From: Takakia lepidozioides
Taxonomy: Eukaryota; Plantae; Bryophyta
Assembly: GCA_030704615.1 (NCBI GenBank)
Contig: CM060731.1
Location: 77,500,001-77,564,000, forward strand
Direction of reading: 5' to 3'
DNA length: 64,000 nt
The notes under the pieces are model-generated. The model ran no database searches, had not been told where the DNA came from, and saw only the letters and a program-made list of their open reading frames with translations. Position numbers and translations under genes: made by a program. Shown piece after piece: positions 1 to 12,463 of the stretch. Numbering within the stretch: position 1 is the stretch's first letter; every line of letters starts with the position of its first letter.

Positions 1-374
1 CTTAGGGTCAAATCCCATCTACAAATGCAGAAAAAAAAACTTGCACCCTTGTATGTATTTATAAAATTTTGTAAAGTTTATATAAATGCATTATCCCTAC
101 CTATATTTAAACATTTTGACCAATCATACCCCTGCCCATACATATATTTCGTACAAGATTTTTTTTTCAAAACCCCATGTGCGGAAAAATATTGATCACA
201 CATGGTGTGGTAGCCTAATGAAGAGTGAAGAGCAAGTAGAGCAACTTCCTGATGATGTGATCTGTTTGAGCGATTCAGTCAACCCACCTGTAGATCTACC
301 GAGTACACCTCATACGAATATATGCATACCACTGTCATGGAAGAAACAAGAGATGTTATTGGGGCTGCTAAGTT

Positions 375-2420
375 TGTGGCTTTAACCTGCGAAGAAGTCT
401 CGACAGTTGACAACCAATCATGGATTCAATTCATGCTTATGTTGTCGACAATTGGGCGCGTGCTCCTAGAGAGAGTTGTGGAGGGGGGATGATCTGATAA
501 TCTCACAAAGAAGATCATGGAAGCACTCATGATAGGTGGAGGCATGCCACAAGAGCGCATTAGAGATAAACTATTGAGCTTTGGGGCAGATGGAATAAAT
601 GTCTTTCAAGGGGTGAGAAATGGAATAACACGGCAGATCCATGATGTATAGGCCCCTCATTCTTTGGGGATAAATTGCATGGCCCATCGCACTAACTTGG
701 CGGTGGAAATACTGTCAAACTTGACACGAGTGAGCAGACTTGAGAATTTATTACAAGCTCTATACACCTATTTTGTTCATTCACCAAAGAGGCATGTGGA
801 ATTTACAAAACTTGCTACCATCATGGAAACAAAAGGGAACAAGTTGTTGAGAAATGTGAAAACCCGCTGGATTTCTATGTTGAGCCCAACCAAGCGTGTG
901 GTGTCAGAATACCGTACCTTGCTCATGAAGATGGCCTTGGACAGTGCAACAAACAGTCAAGCAAAGGTGAACTATGAGTCACTTTGTGACTTGCAGATTT
1001 TGCTTGGCCTTGCTTGTCTTTTGCTTTTGTTGGCCAGAAACTATTCATGCGCTAATTAAACTTTGCCCAGATGCGGGATGTGTTCGTATGTGATCTGGTG
1101 GCAGCGATAAAAGTGTGTCAAGGTGATGTTTTCACTATGTACAATGACCAAAACTCTGCCTACAACTCAGACATATTTTGGGCATTTAGATCTCTATTGG
1201 AGTGTAACCATGACAAAATATACATGCGTTTGGTCCTTGATTTGAACACGAGGGTCCACCATCTTGCTTTTGACATTAATGGACAACACATTTGGGCTGT
1301 CCACCGCAAGGAAGTCACTGGGGAAAGACGATTTGTGACACAAGAGGTCTTTGAGGAAGTGGAGCAACTTGTCAAATCAGAGTGTGCAGGTATGTAGTCC
1401 CTTATAAATGCTTTCTGAATTTGCTTTCAGTCATTCAGAGCTACATTATGAAATTGATGTTATGGTTCGCTATTGACTACGGGGTGGATTGGCTTTTGTA
1501 GAAGCTGCCGAGGCTCTTGTGCGTGAGCTTGAAGGGTGTTTTCCAGCACATGGCATCATGGATGCCTTGGGAATTGTCTACCCACAATACGCTTCAACCA
1601 GATTGTGAAGAGACCCCGTGTACCGCTGGCTTTCAAGAGCAATATTGACTGTCAGTATCTTGTACCAATGTGTACCACTGGCTTTCAAAAGGGGTTGACT
1701 GTGAGTACCTTGTACTTGTGTACTATTGGCTTTGAAGAGGAACTGAGTGTGAGTACCTTGTACCAATGCCCATTACTATGAGTATCTTGTACCATGTGTA
1801 CCACTCGCTTTCAAGAGGGGCTGATTTGTGATTTATTTCACCACCTCTACAAAAAAATTAGCCACCAAATGCTCCAAAAAAATCAAACTCGCCATATTTA
1901 CATATAGAAAATTTACCTATAGCCACCAAAAAAAATGAGCATGTTAATTGATTTCGCTACATGAGCACTAGTTAGATGAGACAAGTAGACTCGCCAGGCT
2001 CCAACTACTTTACAAAATCCAAAAAAGAAAACATGCGCACAACAAGAGGCAAATGGGTGGTAAGACTGTTACGTAATTTTGACTTGACAAAAGTTCAGAG
2101 GCACTTGAACATCATTAAAGGTCAATAATGCTATCCAAAGACTGTAATTGCAGGGGGGAAAGAACATTCAGTGACAGAGGTGTTGTCCAGTTCAGCTTTG
2201 GACCAGCAACAAGGCATGTTCAAGTTAACTATGATGAATAATGGTGTTGCAGCAATGGCTCCACCTTTTGATCTGAATCCCTTGACAAGGCTTTGGTGGA
2301 CTGTCACTGTATCTAGAGTTCTGGTTCACAGATTTCCAGAATATATTAAAGTGGCTGAGATTGCAATGGTGCAGGTTGTTGGCAGTGTGGATGACGAAAG
2401 GTGCTTCGGCACTTTGGCTA
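375..2420 (+). mobile_element. Degenerate hAT-superfamily transposase remnant
   Basis: ORF pieces contain the hAT CxxH motif (CMAHRTNLA), YFVHSPKR, KTRW and a C-terminal dimerisation-like motif (VVGSVDDERCF). Several stops and frameshifts; interrupted by non-coding inserts at ~1600-2080. Confidence 0.75.
1616..1830. repeat. Minisatellite, ~50 bp unit, ~4 degenerate copies
   Basis: Recurring tgtaccactggctttcaa...tgactgtgagtaccttgtacc unit. Confidence 0.75.
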
Positions 2421-5025
2421 GGTACTCACCCCTCTTGAAAGGCAGGGGAACACATGGTGCAAGGGTTCCATTGTTAACAAAACTACTATATGAAACCTAA
2501 ATGAAACCTATGCAAAATGTATATTATAAACAAGGTCAACTCCTATGAAACAATGAGGACAATAATATATCAGCCATGTCTTTCCAACACGGTATTCACA
2601 TCTAAAACAAAACACATTGAGTGCTTGAAAAGCAACCCAGAAATTATACTAAAGAAACCATGCAAAAATTATCCATGACATGAGACTGTAGAATTCACTA
2701 TAGCTGTCGATTAGACAAAAGACACAGGCAGTAAATGTGGGCTCAGCCCATAACGCTCTCTAAGATCAAAGAAAGATGGTCGTGAGCATATATGTTTTGA
2801 GTGCGAAAATGCCCAAACCAGTGGTTCAGGTTCTCTATTTATAAAAATGCAAAGATGGTACTATCTCTGCTCCATGAGTTCATAGACAGAAAAATTGTCT
2901 TGTCTTATTCCATCATAGCATATTCACAATCATTGCACTTGAAGGCCAACGATACACATGGTACAAGATACTCGACTTGAAACAAAGCTCTTGCATTTAT
3001 TACACACAAATCCAACTCACATCTGGTTCTCAATGAACCAAAGCCTGAAGCACAATGATATGAAAACAAGATGGGATTACTGTAAATTAGACATACTCGG
3101 GGAAGTTGTCATTACTATTGAAACACCCTATGTCATCGCCATGTGTTTCATCATCATAAAAAACAGGTTGCCTTACTGGAGATTGGTGAGTTACATTTCA
3201 ATGATTGTTGTTTCAAATTTCAAATTTGAATGTTCAGGGTCTCTAATATGAGCGTATGAGGAGCCATGTTCACACATACAGGATTGTATGATGACAAAGT
3301 TATGATGCGATGGATGCACTTCTTGCATTCATGGGGCATGCATGATGGATGCGTGCCATACACTAATACTGACTTCAATGTGTGGCAGTATTTTTGCAAG
3401 CAAGGGACCCGACGCGGGGGCGGCAGGTGGAGTGGGAGTGGGGGTGCCTGGCACGGCAACCGCGGGCCGTGGCTTTGCGGCGAGGGGGGGGGAGGCGGAG
3501 GGCGGGGTGGGGCCACACAGGCAAGCCTGCCGAGGCAACATTCAACTCCCGGGCCTCTTTTATCACTTGCCGTAACATTTCAAGGTGCCTTGTCCAAATT
3601 TTTTGGCATTATGATAAATTTTCCGTCCTAGATGTTATCTTGAAGATTGCCCATTTGGCTGCCATGTAGGCAGGTCAATGGTGCTCTAACAGTGGATTTC
3701 CTTAAACCTTGGCACTTTGCAGAATTCTAGGGGGCAGAGCTTTTATGATTTTTTTGGCGCTGTAAATTCCCACATGTTCTCCTCTCTGACATCTACAATT
3801 CATCTTCAAGGTTCACTTCCATCCACTATCATCCATGGGAAGTGGAGCGTGGCAAGTAATCGGGTCGCGTCGTCCTTTAGGGGTCAAGGGCCCTGCGGAC
3901 GAGGGCGCAAGCCCAAGGCGAGGGCCCAAAAATCCAGGAACACCCAACACAAGGGCCCGTAAGTACCTCCAAAGGCAAGAGGAAAGTTCTGGTCGGTAAG
4001 GACCTCCAAATATAAAAGAAAAATTAGGTCGGTTTTTACGATTTCTCTAGATCATCCCATTTACCCTTTAAGCTTATAGGGCCCACTCCTGAAAGGAGTC
4101 GGTAGCCGCAAAGGCCAAGTGGCTCTTATTAGTTTCGCAGTTTGGCCAGAGTCGTCTACTTCTGGTGATCATCCCAATCTTTGGCAGAGGCCTTAGCTTT
4201 GTAGGTCCGAAGTGCCTTCCGTCCTACCTGCTGATCCTTCATCTTCGGGAGACAGTTGACATATTTTGTAGTTCTTGGGTTTGGTTACATTGTCCCATTG
4301 CCCCTCACGGCCCTCTGTGGACGTTTTGAAGCTTCTTTCTTGTGTGTGATTTTGCACCAATTTAGCATAGGAACTAGTGTGCGGGGGATAAGTTACTGGT
4401 TTTTGCTGTCAGTTATTCTTGTCATTGTCAGCTATTTGCGGCACTGGGAAGGATCTATTCATTGGGTTGTGGAGGCAGGGCAGGGATGGAATGTGGGTGC
4501 AGATCCATCCTCAAGGTCCAGTTTTCAAGCACAAGAGCACCAACCAGCTCCCGTGGATTGATAGCTACAGAAAGTATGTGGGTGTACATGGTCGATTGGA
4601 GAAGCTGCAAGTGTGCGACGAACCCTGGCAGAGGAAGGTGGTTGGTGGGCTTCCAGTAAGACAGTCCCTCCTCTTTTAAAGATGCAGACCTTCCACATTT
4701 TTTCTTTCCTCTCCCTTTATGGAAATGGAAGAGTTGTGTGTTTGGGGGGGGTACATAGGATGTTACCTTCATTGAGGGAGTCCTACACGGATGTTTTGTG
4801 TTGCAACTTTGGTTTTCAGAAAGTGAACAGGTTTGTGTACTTGATAGCCCCATGTTTGGAAGGATAGTAATTTTAAGGCAGCTGGTGTCCAAGCCGACAA
4901 ATGAGAAAGGGTGATCACTGCAGCAACCCTGTTGTAACAATCAGCCTCTGTTCATTTATTCTCTTTGCAGTAAAGGAAAGCTGGTTCTGTATCTGCTCCA
5001 AAACAGACATTCAGCAAGCCTGACA

Positions 5026-5190
5026 GGGAGAAGATGTGTGCGTCAATGCACGCATCTTCCCCCCTGAATGTCCCAAGGCATGTTTGATGAGAAAGAGCAG
5101 CGGGAAGGAGGTCTAATCAGTCCAGCACAGCTTACATGCAGGAAGGGGGGGGGGGATGCGTGCGTGCGTTGATCTTCCACATCTTCCCCC
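5026..5190. repeat. Imperfect inverted repeat (MITE-like hairpin) upstream of the PPR gene
   Basis: gggagaagatgtg...caatgcacgcatcttcccccctgaatgt versus the reverse complement of acatgcagg...gggatgcgtgcgtgcgttgatcttccacatcttcccc. Confidence 0.55.
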
Positions 5191-5356
5191 TCGCTGCCCC
5201 AAAGGAATCTCCTATGTGATGAAGAGGATGGAATTCAGCACAATGAAGAAATAACAGGTGAGGTGCACTGCGGGGGAGGACAAAGGCTCGGAGGGCAGAG
5301 CTTCGGCGGGAGGAAAGGAAGGATGAGAAGGACTTGATGGAGCAGTGGAAGCAGAT

Positions 5357-7631
5357 ATGCTCTGTGGGTTTGTGCGAAGGTTTATAACTAAGAGATTTCA
5401 GTCATGCAGGATGGCAGGGTTGAGGCAGGCACAATCATGCGAATCAAGCACCTCCACTATGGCCACTGGTTTTGGAGGTAGACCCAAAGAGGGAGTCAAC
5501 AAGAATTCTTCTGACAGTTGTGGGGATGTGAGGACTCTATGCAAGGCAGGACAGTTGAAAGAGGTGGTACACAGTTTGAACCGAGGAGATTTTTCCGCAG
5601 ACTCCAGTACTTATGTCTCTCTCTTTCAGGAATGCATCAAGATGAGAGGCCTAGCACAGGGAAAGGAGGTGCATGCCCACATCATCCAAAGTGGATTCAA
5701 GCCAAACACCTTCCTGCTGAACAGCCTTGTCAACATGTATGCCAAGTTGGGAAGCCCAATGGATGCACGCCGAGTGTTTGACAAAATGTCTGAACGAGAT
5801 GTGTTTACCTGGACCATAATGGTGGCAGGATATGCAAAACATGGGTGTGGTAGGGAGGCCCTAGAAATATATAAGCAAATGATACAGGAAGGAGTGACGC
5901 CCAACGGTGTCACGTTCATTTGTGTCCTCAAGGCATGTGCCAGCCTGGCTGTCCTGGGAAAGGGCATAGAGGTCCATGCTGATATCATCAAATCTGGAAT
6001 TGCACCAGATATCATTCTTCAGAATACCCTTGTTGACATGTATGCCAAATGCGGGAGTCTCATGGATGCAATTCAAGTGTTCAACAATATGGCTGGGCGA
6101 GATGTAGTCTCATGGAACACAATGATTGCAGGATATGCTCAGCATGGGTGTGGTACAGAGGCCCTCAAGATGTATGAAGAAATGATACTTGAAGGGCTCT
6201 CGCCAAACAGGGTCACGTTCATCTCTGTTCTCAAGGCATGTTCCAGGCTGGCAGCCCGGCGAAAGGGCGAAGAGGTCCATGCTCACATCATCAAAGCTGG
6301 AATTGCACCAGATGTCATTCTGGAGACGGCCCTGGTTGACATGTATGCCAAATGTGGTGACCTGAAGAGTGCATGTCAAGTGTTCTGTAATATGGCTCAA
6401 CGGAATGTGGTCTCATGGAATGCCATGATTACAGGGTACGCCCAGCAGGGGTGTGGTAGGGAGGCTTTCAGAATGTACAAGAAAATGATACAGAAAAGGG
6501 TTACACCAGACAGGGTCACATTCACTTGCATTCTGAATGCGTGTGCCAGCCTGGCTGCCCTGGAAAAGGGCAAGGAAGTCCATGTTGACCTCATGAAAGT
6601 GGGAATTGTGCCAGATATTATTCTGGAGACTGCCCTTGTTGACATGTATTGCAAATGTGGAGACATGGAGAATGCATGTCGGATATTTGACAATATGGCT
6701 CAAACAAGTGTGGTCTCATGGAGTGCAATGATTGCAGGATATGCTCAGCACGGGTGTTGTGGAGAGGCCCTGCAACTATTTAAACAAATGCAACTGAAAG
6801 GGTTGAAGCCAAATTCTATTACCTTTACATGTGTTCTTGCTGCATGTAGCCATGCGGGCCTAGTTGATGAGGGCTGTCACTACTTTGATTCCATGTCTCG
6901 AGATCATGGCCTCACTCCTACAGTGGAGCATTTTGTTTCCATGGTGGTCCTTCTTGGCCGTGCAGGGCGATTGGATGAGGCAGAGGACTTCATCAAGAAA
7001 ATGCCAATCGAACCTGCTGCTGAGGTGTGGCGGGCCTTGCTTGGTGCCTGCAGAATCCATGGAAATGTGGAAGTGGCAGAACGTGTGACAGAATGTGTCC
7101 TCAAGTGGGATCCCCATGACGCGGCAGCTTATGTACTGTTGTCCAACATCTATGCCACAGCTGGCAGGTGGAAGGATGCTGCAAAGGTGAGGAAAATGAT
7201 GAAGTACAGAATGGTCAGAAAGGAGCCAGGTCGCTGCTACATTGAGGTGGACAACCATATACATTCATTCTTTGTACACGACAAACTGCATCCACAGATT
7301 GGGGAAATCCATGCTGAGCTGCAGAGATTGTCTGGGCAGATGAAGGAGGCCGGGTATGTGCCTGACACGTGCTTTGCATTGCACAATGTGGAGGAGGAAC
7401 AAAAGGAATTTTCTCTTTGCCACCACAGTGAAAAGCTGGCCATCTCTTTTGGGCTCATCAGCACTCCCCCTGGGACGTCCCTGCGGGTCATCAAGAACCT
7501 GCGGGTGTGTGGTGACTGCCACACGGCCACCAAGTTCATCTCAAGGATTGTTGGGCGAGCAATTGTTGTACGGATACCACCGCTTTCACCACTTCCAAGA
7601 TGGGGTTTGTTCTTGTGGGGAGTACTGGTGA
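5357..7631 (+). CDS. PLS-class pentatricopeptide repeat protein with E and DYW domains (organellar C-to-U editing factor type); frameshift at ~7574-7580
   Basis: Intronless, with ~101-aa P-L-S triplets (LVDMYAKCG / VVSWNAMI.GYAQHG / VTF..VL.AC). Has an E domain, PG box (KEPGRCYIEV), HHSEKLA and CGDCH deaminase motifs. The terminal RFHHFQDGVCSCGEYW* is in another frame. Start codon uncertain (5357 or 5411). Confidence 0.93.
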
Positions 7632-8256
7632 GATACTCTTCATAAAGTGTAAGCAAAGAGTAGATAAAGAATGTCCTTGTATGCTTCTTGTATGCCTCAT
7701 TGTGCAGCATTCCTTTGGTTAGTTGGCTCTCCTGATCCAGTTGCAAGAGCTCCTGTCCCCTGATCCCAAGCAGCTTATCAGACACTCTGCAAAATTTATA
7801 CAACATGTAAAATTCCAGAACCTAAAGAATGCCTCAAAAACAAAATGCTTGTGGTGGTGGGTGTCTTCCATTTTTTTTCTTTATTTTTTAATCTTAAGAG
7901 GAAACCTGGGAGAGAATGCTCACAATTCAGGCCCTTGAGGAGGGGCCCCTTCAAATAAGCCATTGGGCACACAAGAGGCGAAGGGCACGCCCGGACTGTC
8001 ACGGTTGTAGAGTCGGTGTTCGGTCGAGGGAAGAAGGGTAGATTCAACCTGCTTCTGAGATTCCTGTTTTCGGTTTCATTTTGAAGACTCCACTGATTTC
8101 ATACATCTGGGATCTTGACGGAGCTTGAGAGCCTGTCTCTGGAAACTTGGGCGGTCTTCTTTTGCCAGTGCACAGCCTAGACAGGAAGTTTGTAGCTATG
8201 GTGACTCCATGAACACAGACATCGGTGACCACCGCCCCAGCGGCTCGTGCCCTGTT

Positions 8257-8410
8257 GCACGTGGATCAGAGGCTATTCGATTCGCCCTGGCACAGACACG
8301 TCCATGGTCGGAAATGGTGGATCGAGCGTCGTTTGGCAGGCCCGAATCTAGCAGCCGCCTTCGCAAGAATGTGAAGTATTTCCACTACAGCATTGTTGTA
8401 ATGGCGGCGT
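8257..8410 (+). pseudogene. PRA1 (prenylated Rab acceptor 1, B-type) N-terminal fragment
   Basis: TRPWSEMVDRASFGRPES-SSRLRKNVKYF resembles the PRA1.B motif RPWxELxDRSxFxRPES...SRLRKNxxYF. It has an internal deletion and no transmembrane remainder. Confidence 0.7.
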
Positions 8411-9214
8411 CAAGACGAGGTTGGGAGACGGAAAAACAAGTCATGTAGCTACAGTGTCAGGAAATTGTTGGATGCGAAATGCTGAAGGAAACCTGACTTT
8501 ATACACACATAACAAGTCAGATGATTTCTGCAAGATCTCTTCAGAATATTGTCTATCTCGCTTATGGTGGAGGAGTAGGCTCAGCACTGGTCGCCTGTGC
8601 TCCATTACACACAAATTCAAAGGCACGAGTAAACATCTTTTTCACAACTCCAAAATACATGACTTCATTGGAGAATGCAACAGAGGACTCCTGAAAATCT
8701 GTGAGCTGCACATGTAAATTATTATGCAGCCATCAAAGATATCCAAAAAAACTGCTGTAGAATGAAACAGACACCCAAAGATATGCATTGTCCAGTTTGT
8801 TTTATTAGTGCATGGTACGCGATTAATACATATCACTCCTGCCGGCTTTTTTTGAGCCTTCTCGTCATTGCTTATAAGGGCCAGATTTCTCAATCGCTAG
8901 CTTATCTAGTGGAGGTATAGCAGGATCTTACTCATTTTTGGCACCAATGCATGGTCTCTCCCTTACTTATAGGGAGGAGCCAATAAAATTTATCTGGCAG
9001 GGCCTTACTAAGTCCCCTGGGAAAAAATACTTATCAAAACTTGTTAAGCCTTGAAGGAGAGGGAACCAGAGCGAGAGAGAGGGGAGGGGGCGGGGGAAGA
9101 GATCCAAAATACAGGGATCCGGAGAGACCCAGGGAGGGGGGAAGAAAGGAGGAGGGAGAAGGAGATTCTTTACGTTTTCCAAGGAAGGAGGGACAGGGAG
9201 ACTGTGAGAAGAAG

Positions 9215-10133
9215 ATGTCGGGACCTCTGGCCAGAGCAGGAAGCTATTTTTTCGCCAAGCGTGCACAAAAGGAGTTGGATTCTTGGGGAAGTGATGTCAA
9301 TGTAATTCTCCTCCTTTCTCTAACCTTCGCTTTCTGTTGGGTTTTCTGGGATGACGTTGGTGTACTCTTCCAGAAACCCCATCTAAGTATTAGTCTGCTG
9401 GGTCTTTGGAAAATGCGTACATCATGTTAAACTTCTCATGCTTTTAATGCAGATCTTGAAAAATGGTGTGTATGGCTGGACGGAGCAGTCCATGTCTAGC
9501 AGCGTAGAAGAAGGTGGCAAACGTTTCATCAACAGATTAAGAGGTTCTATCTCTCTCGACATTGTGCTATCACTCAGTGCATGTAAAATCTTTGCTCAAC
9601 TGTTGTGAGACTTAAATGCTACTGTTATGTGAGCCTAGTCGATGTGGTAGGCTCTGAGTTACTGGTTTGGGCTATTTTGAGGTTGCTGCAGTGGTTACAG
9701 GTATATAATAGCTATGGCCAGCATTTTCTTTTGGAGCTCAAGTGTACCTTAGGGTTTGAGTGGAGATGGCAACTTTTTTGACTGAATACACCCATCAGGA
9801 AGAGCAACTTTGGTGGAGGTTGAACCTGAAAGATGTCTCTCTTGGATGGAAGTGGTAATTGAGGCTTGAAGTAAGGAACATAAGAACCAAAAACGAAGGA
9901 AAAATAAAGGAAAAAGAAGAACGAAGAGGAAAGAAGAACAAACAAGGAGCTGGAAGAAAATGTATTTAGTGAGAGAGAGAGAGAGACAGATTTGGAGTGG
10001 TGCTCAGGCTAAATGAAGGTGGGTGTGGGACAGGAAAAGTGCAAACACCGCTGCCAGATCTCCTGCAACGCTATGAGCTTCCAAGAGGAACATTTCCTAA
10101 AAATGAATTTGATGAAGCCACTGGAAAGATGAC
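9215..10133 (+). pseudogene. DUF538 family (At5g01610-like) gene, first 2.5 exons only
   Basis: GT-AG exons 9215-9301, 9489-9543 and 10034-~10133 splice in frame to MSGPLARAGSYFFAKRAQKELDSWGSDVN-SMSSSVEEGGKRFINRLRG-KVQTPLPDLLQRYELPRGTFPKNEFDEATGKMT. Homology then stops; ~4 aa are missing before EFDE. Confidence 0.8.
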
Positions 10134-11611
10134 AAATCGGTTAACCAAGGCTCAAGGTGCGCTAGTGCATGCAACTTCAGCCAAGGTGAGTTTCTCGGCA
10201 TCTACATTGGAGCTGTAGCTCCGTCTAAAGCACGGCGGCGCCTCTCGAAGGCCTTAGAGACGAGACGCCGTGTCATGCATAGGATAGTTGTTCTGCGCAA
10301 GCAGCGAGAGCAGGCCTGGCAGAGTGAAGTCGGCCGTCTGGCATTCCAGGCATGGACCCACGGTTATCGGAAGGCCCTACATACCCTTGGGTCAAACATG
10401 AAGGCGAAGAAGGCAGTGTTTGATAAGGCTACAGAGTCTGGCATGAAAGCTGCCTTTGATCTAGAGTATACGATGCCAAGGGAGAACCTCAAGAATCTTC
10501 TAACCCAAGAGAAAGATCGCTTCTCCCGCCTGGGGTGGGACTATATTCCCGCTCCTGTGAAAAGGGCTTACGAAAATCTTATCCGGACTATGGAGGAGAC
10601 ATGTGAAGAGCTCAATGGTGGAATTCACGAGGATCATCCTGGTGGTTTTGCAATTGACAGTTGTCAGGATCAGGAAGACCCTGCTTTCCTTGGAGTAGAT
10701 GAAGATGTAGAAGATCACTTTCAGAAAGTGAAACCTAATACTGATATGAAGTATCATAAGGTCATGGATTTGATAGCTGACCAAATGCACTTGCAGCAGC
10801 GTATGATCGTATCAAATCCAGAGGTCCAAGGATGATCTTAGGCGGGGATACTGAATTGGACCCTCCGGGAGAGGAAGTGGTCTTACACTCTCTGGAGGTT
10901 ATCAACTGGGGATGGTTTGAGCACACTGCAGATCAACTGCATGCTGGGACATACTCATTCAAACCTGCGAGACAAGTGAGCCTCTTGAAGCCAGGAAAGC
11001 TGAGGGAAAAGAGACAACTTATGTTGATTGGTCTTGGGGACCAAATAGTACAGGAAGCTGTCAGAGAGGAATTAGAGAGGATTTATGAACCCACATTCTC
11101 GGAGGATGCACATGGGTTCCGACCCGGGAAGTCCTGTCACACAGCACTGAAAAGACTGAGGTCTGGATGGAAAGGAACCGCCTGGTTTATCCAGTTGGAC
11201 TTTCAAAAGTGTGATGATACCTTGATTCAGGAAAGGCTCAAATCCATTCTTTCGGAGAAAATACAGGATCAACAGTTTATGGATATGTTGACACAGATGT
11301 TCAAGGTGGGTATTGTGAGTGTTGGAAGACATACATGTGAGGGTGGAAGCGAACTATCACCTCTGTTGTGTAATATCTACTTTCAGCAACTGGATAAAGA
11401 AGTAGATCAGATTAAGAAAGAGTGGAATACAGGAACTAAGAAATGGAACGTCGATCCAGAACTACAGAAGCTAGTTGATGTCCGGGTCAGGTACATCAGA
11501 TATGTGGATGATTTTCTGATTGGTGTCGCTGGGAGCAAGGCGACTGCACTTGAAGTCCTGAAAAGGGTGAAACATTTCTTACACTCAAACCTAAAGCTGT
11601 ATCTCACCTAA
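10134..11611 (+). CDS. Group II intron maturase / reverse transcriptase (MatR-like), permuted domain order, two 1-nt frameshifts, no X domain
   Basis: RT0 L.AAYDRIKS (~10791), RT2 DQIVQEAV..LE.IYEPTFSEDAHGFRPGKSCHTAL, RT3 WFIQLDFQKC, RT4 GSELSPLLCNIYF..LD, RT5 RYIRYVDDFLIG and RT6 FLHSNLKL. An RT7-like VEFLGIYI lies upstream at ~10186-10208. Confidence 0.85.
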
Positions 11612-12159
11612 AGCTGCTTCCTACCTGCTTCACTTCTTTTGGGCCACTTGTAAATGACTAGACTTGCTTGTTTCCTGTGCTTTTATTAGGTCTCTACTAT
11701 GTTCAGAGCTGGGTGGTGATGGCTGTGAGAGATGCAGGAGGTTACGGTCAATCAGTTTTATGGGGTTCTACTCATGGGTCTTGCAGAGAGTGACCTTTGT
11801 AGTGTGTGTGCGTGCACTGTCTACAAAGTCGCCATGTTGTGATTGTCAACAAGAACTACGTGTGCAGCAGGAGCCACTCATGCCATTCATGTCTTTGGAC
11901 ACTATACTGGGTAAAATTGGCCTCGGACAGGCTACTCACACTTCAGTCAGTAAAAATGTCAGAGATTTAATACCACAGCCAGAGTGACAAACTAGAAAGC
12001 AACCCTTCTGGCGGTTGTAATAACATGGAAGAAAGTCTTTGATAGAATGGAATCAATTCATTCTCACCAAATATCATCCTGATTATACAGCTATGGACAA
12101 TCTGCTCTCTGTGGAACTCCATGAAACTGGGATTGACACAATCATATCTGCAGCCAGTG

Positions 12160-12463
12160 TCAAAACTGGGCTCCTTCATAAGACTGACCAAAACTCCAAC
12201 CCGCAGGAGCAACATCCATGGATGTTAACGACCTCCCATCAGAAGTGGTAACAAGAAATGATACAGCTTGTCCCACGAACTTGGTGCTGCACTGCCAGTT
12301 CTGGCTCCAGTTTCTTGACATTGGAACCCAATTGGCGTTGGATCCTTTCATCGAAATTGAGCTCACATCACCGGTACCACCCACATTGGTGACAAGCACC
12401 AGATTGAAGAATGGATTTCCATTAATTGTGAAACGTATTCCCCCCGCCTTCACACAGGCAGTT
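12160..12463 (-). pseudogene. Alpha-expansin terminal exon (orphan)
   Basis: [29 protein letters not shown]...[10 protein letters not shown]...[12 protein letters not shown] preceded by the acceptor ctttcag. No upstream DPBB-domain exons found in 12.5-16 kb. Confidence 0.85.

Noticed and set aside
1616-1830. Repeat array considered as CRISPR-like
   Set aside because: Degenerate contiguous units with no unique spacers, no cas genes and a eukaryotic context.
3220-3669. Overlapping Pro/Gly-rich ORFs
   Set aside because: By-product of a short GC-rich low-complexity patch.
7200-7631. Possible U-to-C (KP-type) DYW variant
   Set aside because: The PG box and HSEKLA motif are those of the canonical C-to-U type.
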